Assembly: GCA_016342645.1 (NCBI GenBank) | Contig: JAEINX010000003.1 | Location: 667-64,666, forward strand | Source: Bacteroidales bacterium | GTDB lineage: Bacteria > Bacteroidota > Bacteroidia > Bacteroidales > JAEINX01 | Length of the DNA: 64,000 nucleotides | Reading direction: 5' to 3' | Shown: piece after piece, positions 26,069-34,340 of the stretch | How the letters are laid out: the number at the start of each line of letters is the position of its first letter | Position numbering within the stretch: the stretch's first letter is position 1 | Notes under the pieces: model-generated | Seen by the model: only the letters and a program-made list of their open reading frames with translations | Told to the model about the DNA's origin: nothing | Databases searched by the model: none | Translations under genes and position numbers: made by a program

Positions 26069-27454
26069 ATGGAAATAAAAGATAAAGGTACAATTTTTTT
26101 TTCTTTTAGGAAGCAATATCCTCATTTTGTTTATGAAAAATATACTATAATAAAAGCCAAAAAATCAATTCACTTGAGTTTTGAGTTTAAATTGTCCGAT
26201 GAAATTGTTTTCAAACCGGAAATAAAAATCTCAATTAGAAACTTCTTTCATGTTGAAGATTTATCTGATTCAGATTTAAACAATTTTGCTTTCCATGTCG
26301 GAATGATAGAGTTGATAAGTTATTGGAAAGCTACGTGTTCACCGCAAATTATTGTCCGTCCTAATAAATTGAACGAAGACCAGATCAAATGGTGGAAAAA
26401 AGTATATTTTTTTGGTTTGGGAGAATTTTTCTATTTAAATAATATTAAAGTTGATCAGGAAAACTTTGTTGACATTGTTTCAAATTCAGATTTTGAATTA
26501 AAACCTGTTTTAATTCCGCTTAAAAATTCAATTATAGTTCCAATCGGTGGTGGAAAGGATTCAATCATAAGTTTGGAAATGTTAAAAAATAAAAAACAAA
26601 TTTATCCTTTTTTATTAAATCCTATTAAATCAAGCCTAAACACTGTCAAAAAGGCAGGTTTTTCAAAAGACGAATTGATAACTGCATCAAGGTTAATTGA
26701 TCCTAAGCTTCTTGAGCTAAATAAAAAAGGCTATTTGAATGGCCATACGCCTTTTTCGGCATTATTGGCATTTGTTTCTGTTTTCATTGCAGCTTTATCA
26801 GGGGTTAAAAACATTGCTTTATCAAACGAATCAAGTGCTAATGAAGCAACAATAATTAATACAAAAATTAATCATCAATATTCAAAATCAATTGATTTTG
26901 AAGCTGATTTTAGAAAATATGTAAGTAAATATATTTCAAAAGATATCAATTATTTTAGTTTTCTCAGGCCTTTAAGCGAATTACAAATAGCAAATTTGTT
27001 TTCCGGTTTTCCAAAATATTTTCCTGTTTTTAGAAGTTGTAATGTAGGAAGCCAAAAAGGTATTTGGTGTGGCCAATGCCCCAAATGTCTTTTTACTTTT
27101 ATCATTTTTTCTCCTTTTATTTCACAAAATGAATTAGTTAATATTTTTGGTAAAAATTTATTTGATGATAAAAATTTATTGACAATTTTTAATCAACTTA
27201 TTGGAATCGATAAAGAGAAGCCTTTTGAATGCGTTGGAACTACAGAGGAAGTTAACGCAGCTTTAGTGTTGACAATAAATAAGCAAGCTGTGGAAGAATT
27301 ACCGTTTTTACTTAATTATTATAAAAATTCACCTCAGTACAAAAACTATAAGAATATCGAAATAGAAAAGGTATTAAATAATTTTGATGAAAATAATTAT
27401 TTAGGAAACGGGTTTTCTAATGTGTTGACCGAAAATTTAGGCCAATGGAAATAA
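26069..27454 (+). CDS. PP-loop ATP-pyrophosphatase-like protein with a Cys cluster; candidate MurL (UDP-MurNAc-L-Ala-L-Glu epimerase)
   Basis: 461 aa. PP-loop-like VPIGGGKDSIISLEML, a Cys cluster CNVGSQKGIWCGQCPKC, and position directly upstream of a stand-alone MurD-like ligase. The MurL call is an inference from context. Confidence 0.45.
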   Translation: MEIKDKGTIFFSFRKQYPHFVYEKYTIIKAKKSIHLSFEFKLSDEIVFKPEIKISIRNFFHVEDLSDSDLNNFAFHVGMIELISYWKATCSPQIIVRPNKLNEDQIKWWKKVYFFGLGEFFYLNNIKVDQENFVDIVSNSDFELKPVLIPLKNSIIVPIGGGKDSIISLEMLKNKKQIYPFLLNPIKSSLNTVKKAGFSKDELITASRLIDPKLLELNKKGYLNGHTPFSALLAFVSVFIAALSGVKNIALSNESSANEATIINTKINHQYSKSIDFEADFRKYVSKYISKDINYFSFLRPLSELQIANLFSGFPKYFPVFRSCNVGSQKGIWCGQCPKCLFTFIIFSPFISQNELVNIFGKNLFDDKNLLTIFNQLIGIDKEKPFECVGTTEEVNAALVLTINKQAVEELPFLLNYYKNSPQYKNYKNIEIEKVLNNFDENNYLGNGFSNVLTENLGQWK

Positions 27455-27600
27455 GGAAAATAGGGGAATATGGGAAATAATGAAAAACATGAAAAGCATG
27501 GGAAATAAAGGAAAACAAGGAAAGAAACGCTTTATTATTCAAACACTTATATCCATATACCTTTATACCTCTTTACCTTTTTTGCCCACATTTTATTAAC
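27451..27600. repeat. GGAAATA-rich imperfect palindromic intergenic element (copy 1)
   Basis: The purine-rich arm taaggaaaataggggaatatgggaaataa...gggaaataaaggaaaacaaggaaag faces the pyrimidine-rich arm tatccatatacctttatacctctttacctt. A related element lies at 54100-54262 in the opposite orientation. Confidence 0.5.
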
Positions 27601-27634
27601 TGATTTTTTTTAAAAATACTATTATTTTTTCTAC

Positions 27635-29044
27635 ATGAGCAAGACTGTTGAAAATTTCATTATTGAAAATTTCCAAAACAAGAAAGTTTTAATTCTTGGA
27701 TTTGGACGTGAGGGTAAATCGACATTTAACTTATTACGAAAATTTCTCCCTCAGAAAGAAATATTTATTGCAGATAAAAATGACAAACTTAAGGAAGAAT
27801 TATGCTTTAATCTTACGGATAAAAATATGTCTCTTATTTTAGGAGAAAATTATCTTGATAGTTTGTCTGATTTTGATTTAATTATTAAATCTCCCGGAAT
27901 ATCATTAAAAGATAAGAACTTAGATATTTCAAAAATTATAGTCACTTCTCAAAGCGATTTATTTTTACAAATGTTTTCGGATCAAATAATTGGAATTAGC
28001 GGGACTAAAGGAAAAAGTACTACTGCAAGTTTAATCGAACATATAATTAAACAATGCTCGAAAAATGTTCTTCTCGTGGGAAATATTGGTTTGCCTCCTT
28101 TTGAAATTATTTCAGAGATAAACAAAAAGACAAGAATTGTTTTTGAGTTATCATCGCATCAACTTGAGTTTGTACAATCCTCGCCTCATATTGCCATACT
28201 TCTAAACTTTTATCAGGAACATCTGGATCATTATAAGAATTTTGCTGATTATAAAAATGCAAAACTTAATATTGCAAAATTTCAAAAAGAAAATGATTTT
28301 TTAATTTATAACTCTGATGATAAACAAATTGAAGAGCTAATAAAAGAGAAAAACTTCAAACAAAACATTATTAGATATTCTAAAAAGAATAACCATGAGA
28401 AAAATTGTTATATTTCGGAGAATAACATTGTTTATTCAAATTCGCAGGAAGAGGATGTTTTGGTGGATTTAAATCATAGAAGGTTTTTGAGAGGCGAGCA
28501 TAATATTTCAAATATTCTTGCGGCAGTTTGTGCTTGTAAAATTTTGAAAATTTCTGATGCAGCTATACGAAAAGGCATAGAAAGTTTTAAATCATTGGAG
28601 CATCGTTTAGAATATGTTGGTGAATATGGAAATATTCACTTTTATAATGATTCGATTGCAACAATCCCCGAAGCAACAATTGAGGCTGTAAAAACCTTAA
28701 AAGATGTTGATACATTGATTTTAGGTGGTTTTGACAGGGGAATAAATTATGAGGATTTAATTTATTTTATAAAAGAAACCAAAATTTCTAACCTGATTTT
28801 CCTTGGAGATAGAAGCAATCGTTTGTACGTAGAAATGCAAAAAAACATTCAGGATAAATTATTCTTTACTGTAAAAAGTTTTTCAGAGGCTGCGAAAATC
28901 ATTCAAACCTATACTAAACCAATGTCAGTTTGCCTTTTATCACCGGCAGCAGCGAGCTATAATTTATTTTCGAATTTTGAAGAAAGAGGTAATGAATTCA
29001 AAAAAATGGTGAAAAAACTAAATCAATTTATTATTGTTGATTAA
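27635..29044 (+). CDS. murD: MurD-like UDP-N-acetylmuramoylalanine-glutamate ligase (possibly MurD2-type)
   Basis: 469 aa with VLILGFGREGKS, a Mur ligase P-loop GISGTKGKSTT, and SLEHRLEYVG...FYNDSIAT. It is not in a dcw cluster context. Confidence 0.75.
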   Translation: MSKTVENFIIENFQNKKVLILGFGREGKSTFNLLRKFLPQKEIFIADKNDKLKEELCFNLTDKNMSLILGENYLDSLSDFDLIIKSPGISLKDKNLDISKIIVTSQSDLFLQMFSDQIIGISGTKGKSTTASLIEHIIKQCSKNVLLVGNIGLPPFEIISEINKKTRIVFELSSHQLEFVQSSPHIAILLNFYQEHLDHYKNFADYKNAKLNIAKFQKENDFLIYNSDDKQIEELIKEKNFKQNIIRYSKKNNHEKNCYISENNIVYSNSQEEDVLVDLNHRRFLRGEHNISNILAAVCACKILKISDAAIRKGIESFKSLEHRLEYVGEYGNIHFYNDSIATIPEATIEAVKTLKDVDTLILGGFDRGINYEDLIYFIKETKISNLIFLGDRSNRLYVEMQKNIQDKLFFTVKSFSEAAKIIQTYTKPMSVCLLSPAAASYNLFSNFEERGNEFKKMVKKLNQFIIVD

Positions 29045-29116
29045 CTAATGATAATTGAAACTGTAAAGAAGGATATAAATAACAACCAATTTAAATAGCA
29101 TATAATGCAAGGTTGT

Positions 29117-29464
29117 TTATTCATTTTCAATTGATAATATTTTTGATAATCCAGCTTTTATCTCGTCCATTATTAATACTGAAACTTTTCCTAATCGGTT
29201 TACAAATCTTTTTTGTGATACAGAACGTACCTGAAAACAATCTGCGGAAGATTTTTTTGCCAGTCCATTTCTTAAATTTGGTTCAATTTTAATCATCCAA
29301 GGAGCAATTTCATATCTTTCTTTCCAATCAGTAATCGGAACAATAACTTTTAATGGTAATTTTCCCAATGAATCATCATTAACAATTATCGCAGGACGTA
29401 TCTTTTGAATTTCCGCACCAACTGTTGGGTCAAGATTTATTAACCAAACCTCACCTTGTTTCAT
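29117..29464 (-). CDS. mazF: PemK/MazF-family type II toxin (endoribonuclease)
   Basis: MKQGEVWLINLDPTVGAEIQKIRPAIIVNDD...PLKVIVPIT. I prefer the Met at 29464 over the track start at 29482. Confidence 0.8.
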   Translation of the reverse strand: MKQGEVWLINLDPTVGAEIQKIRPAIIVNDDSLGKLPLKVIVPITDWKERYEIAPWMIKIEPNLRNGLAKKSSADCFQVRSVSQKRFVNRLGKVSVLIMDEIKAGLSKILSIENE

Positions 29465-29663
29465 AAAAATCTTCAAAATCAAGATTTGTAAATACTGTAA
29501 GTTCGCTATTTAGTTCGTAGTCAGGGAGTAAATCGTTAACGGCTTTTTCCATCTGATTTATATTCTCTTGTTTTCTTAACGAGTGAATAGTTTTTTCAAT
29601 TATATAAATCCGTTTTTGAAACGGCAGTCGCTGAATCTCTTTTATTATCTCATTTGTTCTCAT
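29451..29663 (-). CDS. Putative cognate antitoxin
   Basis: 70-aa ORF immediately upstream of and overlapping the toxin start. No recognisable fold from sequence; the call rests on context only. Confidence 0.5.
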   Translation of the reverse strand: MRTNEIIKEIQRLPFQKRIYIIEKTIHSLRKQENINQMEKAVNDLLPDYELNSELTVFTNLDFEDFYETR

Positions 29664-29822
29664 ATCTATTCATTTAATTCTGCAAGACACAAATTTATTG
29701 CCACTTTTCATTTATAAAGTTTTAACTTAAATGCTACACAATGTTTGGCAGCTATGGCAGGTGGCTGTTTGCTACTCAACTTATGATGGGTAACTGTTTG
29801 ATATAATCCATAAATTGAATTC

Positions 29823-30581
29823 TTAATTAATACCTTTAACAATATTTTCTAATATTTTGTAAAAGTTGTTTATTATGCTACTTTCAGCAGAATTTAATTT
29901 TTTTATTTGAGAAACCTTTTCCTTAAATTCATTTTTTTCTATTTTGAGCAATAATAATGGTTTGTTATAAATAGTCTCAAAATCAGATTTCAAAATTTCT
30001 ACTAACTTATTGAGTGCATTTAATCGTATGTTTGGCTTTGCTAAATTTTTATCTGATAGTAGTTTAATAACTTTTTCTTTCAATTCATCAATATTTATAG
30101 ATAACTCACTTTTTTCTTGATAAATATCTTTTTGTTTGGCAGTTTTTACTTCAGCTTTCGCTTTTGGAGTTTTTACTTCAGCCTTTGTTTCTGTAATTTT
30201 TGTTTCAGCTTTCGGTTTTGGAGCTTTTGACTTAGGAGTTTTCGATTCAACTTTCGGTTTTGAAGTTTTTGCCTTGATTTCTTTTTTAGCTTTTACAACT
30301 TTTGCTTTAATTTCCTTTTCAGCCTTTACAACTTTAGCAATGACTTCCTTTTCGGCTTTTAGAACTTCTGCTTTTACACCTTTTGCTTCCGTAATAATAA
30401 CTTCCCTTTCCTTTTTTGGAATATTATCGATTGGGGCAATAATATCGGGGCTTTTAACTTTTACCGATTTTTTTTCTTTTTTATTATTACTAATAGTTTC
30501 TTTACTTTTTCGAGGCCTCAACACTCCATATGAGCCTCTTACAATTTTGCCTCTTTTTGTTTTAATATCACCTTTTCCCAT
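29823..30581 (-). CDS. bTHX-like N-terminus fused to a Lys/Ala-rich (histone H1-like) repeat region and a helical C-terminal domain
   Basis: The first 26 aa, MGKGDIKTKRGKIVRGSYGVLRPRKS, match ribosomal protein THX. Then come KAEKEVIAKVVKAEKEIKAKVVKAKKEIKAK...TPKAKAEVKTAKQK repeats. The ORF is continuous for 252 aa. Confidence 0.6.
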   Translation of the reverse strand: MGKGDIKTKRGKIVRGSYGVLRPRKSKETISNNKKEKKSVKVKSPDIIAPIDNIPKKEREVIITEAKGVKAEVLKAEKEVIAKVVKAEKEIKAKVVKAKKEIKAKTSKPKVESKTPKSKAPKPKAETKITETKAEVKTPKAKAEVKTAKQKDIYQEKSELSINIDELKEKVIKLLSDKNLAKPNIRLNALNKLVEILKSDFETIYNKPLLLLKIEKNEFKEKVSQIKKLNSAESSIINNFYKILENIVKGIN

Positions 30582-30769
30582 ATTAAATAGATTAAATATT
30601 AATTTTTTGTAAAAGTAGTTAAAAAAATGTTAATGATCATTTTTTAAAAAATATAATAGAGAAATTTTAATTTTTTTTCTAAAATTATGTTGTAAAAAAT
30701 ATTTAAAAATTTTTTTAAATTCTAAAAGTTAGAAATCTATTTCGGAAAATTTTAATCAAAGCCAGAACT

Positions 30770-32008
30770 TTATTTGATAATTTTATCTAAAATATTTTTT
30801 GCCCCATTTTTATGAACAATAAAATTCATTATTTTTAATTTTATATAATCTTCGTGAAAAAACCTATAACCTTTATTTTCGCCATCAAATGCGCCGCTTC
30901 CCGAATCTTTTATTAGAAACCAGTAATCATCATTATATACTTTATATCCGACAATATGAATACAATGATCATCGGTAGTGGTTTTGTTGCTTAATCGGAA
31001 TTGCCGCGAATCTTCATTAATGAAATCCGAAGGTATGTCGAAAGTGGGAATTATTGAAACTTCGGCATATCTATCGTGGCCGGGCTCGGAAACATCACCG
31101 CAAATACTTAGCGAATACCCACTTTCAATGGCATCAATCAAGGTTTTCATATAATCATCTAATGAAATATTATAATAATCGTTACTATGCCACCAATTAT
31201 CGGCTTCAACTAATTCACCTTTTTGATTGTATGCCAGTTCTTTGGTTGACATAAAACTATAGTAATCGTCAGGATTTATTTTTAAAATATCCGAAAGGAA
31301 TTCCTTTGGTGTAATTTCTTTTCCATCAAAAATAATCGCTTTTGGTGGTGCGCCCATATAAAAATTCAAAATATCTTTTATTGTTTGAACAACTACTTCT
31401 TCATTCCAAGCATTATTAATTTTAATTGATTCAAGATAAGTGTTCATTTCACTAAACATTTTTGAATGGTCGTGAGATTTTTGGTTTTTTAACATTCCTG
31501 AATAATCGGAGTAGGGGACAGCACCATATGTTTTCATAATTCGTTTAAGAGCATTCGCTTCTGAGCCTTGGTTAAAATAAACATCACCTCTGTTTTTAAC
31601 AAAATAAATGGCACGGTCAACATATTCATAATAAGCCGTAAACATTTCAGAAAGCTTTATTTTTACATTAGAAATTCTTTTTGCCTCAGATTCAAAAAAG
31701 GAAGTTGTTGCAAAGCTCCAACACGTTCCGGTTGAACCTTGTGAACTTGGTTGTGTATGCCAAAAAGTTGTGTATTCATCAATATCGGTAGGAAAATCAT
31801 AGTTGCTTAAATCAACAGTAAAATATTCTTTCTGCTTTTTATTTTTATCCGTTTCATTGTAATCGGAAATATTTTTCAGAATAATATTATGGTAATAACC
31901 TTGTTTCCTTTCTTTAAAAACACCTTTGTCTTTTAGTTTGTTTTTTTGTGCAATTATTGATGGAGATAAAATACAAACAATAAATAATAGGTAAATTGAT
32001 TTTTTCAT
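30770..32008 (-). CDS. Exported papain-family (C1, aminopeptidase C/bleomycin hydrolase-like) cysteine peptidase
   Basis: 412 aa with a signal peptide. Active-site Cys motif QGSTGTCWSFATTSFFESE and a C-terminal His region DHCIHIVGY. Confidence 0.7.
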   Translation of the reverse strand: MKKSIYLLFIVCILSPSIIAQKNKLKDKGVFKERKQGYYHNIILKNISDYNETDKNKKQKEYFTVDLSNYDFPTDIDEYTTFWHTQPSSQGSTGTCWSFATTSFFESEAKRISNVKIKLSEMFTAYYEYVDRAIYFVKNRGDVYFNQGSEANALKRIMKTYGAVPYSDYSGMLKNQKSHDHSKMFSEMNTYLESIKINNAWNEEVVVQTIKDILNFYMGAPPKAIIFDGKEITPKEFLSDILKINPDDYYSFMSTKELAYNQKGELVEADNWWHSNDYYNISLDDYMKTLIDAIESGYSLSICGDVSEPGHDRYAEVSIIPTFDIPSDFINEDSRQFRLSNKTTTDDHCIHIVGYKVYNDDYWFLIKDSGSGAFDGENKGYRFFHEDYIKLKIMNFIVHKNGAKNILDKIIK

Positions 32009-32134
32009 TTTATTTTTTTTTTAATTTAAACATAAAAACCTACGTTACAAAAATAGTATATAATTGAAGATATTGATGACTTCATTTTTGAAAGTAATAG
32101 AATGATTATTTCAGGATATTGAGAAAAATTATAA

Positions 32135-33349
32135 TTAGAATCTCGTGCTTAAAAACTCTCTTAGATGCAGATGATCAACACCTTCAATATTTCCTCCCGA
32201 TGGTTCATCCAAACTAACAACCATCTTTCTATGATTGTCTTTTATTTTTAAAAGGTTACCAAATTCCCTTTCGCGAGTCTTTTCATCGGGGATTAAATAA
32301 GCACATTGAATATAAATTTTATTGCCGGATTTTTCCGATACAAAATCAATTTCCTTTTCACCAAGTTTGCCTATTGTTATTTCAAATTCTTGTTCCAAAA
32401 TATGCCTGAATACAGCGTTTTCTACGAGTTTGTTGATATGCATTGGTTGATACCCAACCCATGCGTTTCTTAAGCCAAGGTCTTCAAAATAATACTTTTC
32501 ATTGATTTCAAAAATTCTTTTTCCTTGAAGGTCAAAACGCCGGGCCTTGATAAGATAATATGAATCTAAAATGTATGAAATGTAATTTGAAATTATGGAA
32601 GCCGAGATTTTCTGTCCCTGTGATTTCAGGAATTTGCTAATACTGGCGGCAGAAAACAAGCAGCCCGTATTATCAGCTAAGTAACGAATCAAGTTCTCAA
32701 GAATAGAAACATTCCTTATTTGATGCCTTTTAACAACATCTTTAAACAATACTGTAGAATTAATTGATTTTAAATAATCAAAAACGGCATTATCTTCCAA
32801 TTGTATGTTTTTTAAATTTGGAAGGCCACCATATTTTAAGTATCGAAACAGGCTTTCATTAGCATTTTTTAATGAATGAAACTCAAGAAATTCAAGAAAA
32901 CTCAGGCTGTGTACACGGATTTCAATATAACGGCCGCTCAACCTGTCAACTAATTCGCCTGATAAGATTTCTGCATTACTTCCTGTGCACCAGATATCAG
33001 TCATGCCTTCATTTAATAAGCTTCGCAGAACTTTTTCAAATTCAAATATTTCCTGTACTTCATCAATAAAAAGATAGGCACGTTTCTTTTTATCTACTTT
33101 TTCTGACAAGTAATTCATTAAGTCTTCTGAATTTCTGATAAAATCAAATGCCATCAATTCTTTATCAATGAAGATGATTTGTGCCTCAGGATGAATTTCC
33201 TGAATTTTGTCCATAACCATCAACATCATAAAGCTTTTGCCTGTGCGCCTTTGGCCGGTAAAAACTTTTATCAGGTTTTTGTCCATGAAAGTGAGGGCTT
33301 TTTGTAAATAATTGGGACGTTTTATATACTCTTTATTTTGTAACAACAT
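32135..33349 (-). CDS. AAA-family ATPase (COG1373 / DUF4143-type)
   Basis: 404 aa with Walker A TGQRRTGKS and Walker B-like YLFIDEVQ, the typical size and layout of the AAA_14 + DUF4143 family. Confidence 0.7.
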   Translation of the reverse strand: MLLQNKEYIKRPNYLQKALTFMDKNLIKVFTGQRRTGKSFMMLMVMDKIQEIHPEAQIIFIDKELMAFDFIRNSEDLMNYLSEKVDKKKRAYLFIDEVQEIFEFEKVLRSLLNEGMTDIWCTGSNAEILSGELVDRLSGRYIEIRVHSLSFLEFLEFHSLKNANESLFRYLKYGGLPNLKNIQLEDNAVFDYLKSINSTVLFKDVVKRHQIRNVSILENLIRYLADNTGCLFSAASISKFLKSQGQKISASIISNYISYILDSYYLIKARRFDLQGKRIFEINEKYYFEDLGLRNAWVGYQPMHINKLVENAVFRHILEQEFEITIGKLGEKEIDFVSEKSGNKIYIQCAYLIPDEKTREREFGNLLKIKDNHRKMVVSLDEPSGGNIEGVDHLHLREFLSTRF

Positions 33350-33788
33350 TTTATTAGATTAAGTATAATTAATATATAATGCAAATATACAATATTTGTT
33401 AACTATACTTTATTTAATATTAAAAAATATTCTAAGAATTAATCGGTTTATGCCCCGATAAATAAAAAGGGTTTAAGCCCTCGAAGTGAAAAAAGCTGGT
33501 GAATCTTGTAATTAACTTCATGGTTTATATAAATGAGGGCTTAGATTCTAATTCTCCCTAAAAAATCATTAATCGTTAATTATTCGGGTCTTAGTCCCAG
33601 TGATTTTATTAGGGATTTTGACTTAAAAAATTCAATGTACGCTTATGGACAATTGATATATAAAAACGAACACTTTTAATTACTATATTTATTAAAAAAA
33701 ATTTTGTAACAATCAGATAAACTGATTGTAATATACTTTGGCATAATTTTAGTAAATATAAAAATCAAAACTTAAAAACTTTAAAATT

Positions 33789-34205
33789 ATGAAGACTTTA
33801 TTAATCCTCTTAACCGCGACTTTAATAATGACTTTTAATTCTCCGGAAACTTCAGGTGATTTCAATATTCAAATTGAAGATGAAACATACATTGACGATA
33901 TTCCATTTAATACCGAAAATGTATTGTATGATTTTGGTATAAATATTAATCCAGTTTTTCCAAATGATGTATTTGAAATCGAACCTGAAAAATATATTAA
34001 TGATATTCCTTTTAAAACAAAAGAAATATTTGAAAATTATCTGGAAAGAAAAAGTTATAATTCTGTTTTTCAACTAAAAGAAGAAAATTATATCGACGAC
34101 ATTCCCTTTTGCACAAATGAAATATTAAATAGTATTGAATTATGCAAAAAGTACACACTACCTGAATCAGAAGTTTGTAAAAATTTTACATTTACTTATA
34201 AGTAA
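33789..34205 (+). CDS. Small secreted protein with three Y-I-[DN]-D-I-P-F-x-T repeats
   Basis: 138 aa with a signal peptide (MKTLLILLTATLIMTF). Repeats: ETYIDDIPFNTENVL, EKYINDIPFKTKEIF, ENYIDDIPFCTNEIL. A strong terminator follows. Confidence 0.6.
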   Translation: MKTLLILLTATLIMTFNSPETSGDFNIQIEDETYIDDIPFNTENVLYDFGININPVFPNDVFEIEPEKYINDIPFKTKEIFENYLERKSYNSVFQLKEENYIDDIPFCTNEILNSIELCKKYTLPESEVCKNFTFTYK

Positions 34206-34287
34206 ATAAAGGTACTCATTAATGATTCTCTGCTTTCTCAAATCATTAATTTTGTAATCATTTTTCTAATTAATCAAATTTTGTTAT

Positions 34288-34315
34288 AAAAAGTCCTTGA
34301 AAAAGGACTTTTTTT
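34288..34315 (+). terminator. Rho-independent terminator
   Basis: aaaaagtcc-ttgaaaa-ggacttttt followed by a T run, downstream of 33789..34205. Confidence 0.65.
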
Positions 34316-34340
34316 GTACATTGGTTTTTTTTTTAAAATT

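Noticed and set aside
30136-30612. 158-aa plus-strand ORF
   Set aside because: It is antisense to the Lys/Ala-rich repeat of 29823..30581; the reverse complement of AAA/GCT-rich repeats is a stop-free Phe/Ser/Ala frame. The sense gene has the recognisable THX N-terminus.
29117-33349. Possible defence island (MazEF + AAA/DUF4143 ATPase)
   Set aside because: The genes are separated by housekeeping-type genes (the THX fusion and the C1 peptidase). No nuclease, methylase or other defence partner is adjacent. The TA pair looks ordinary.
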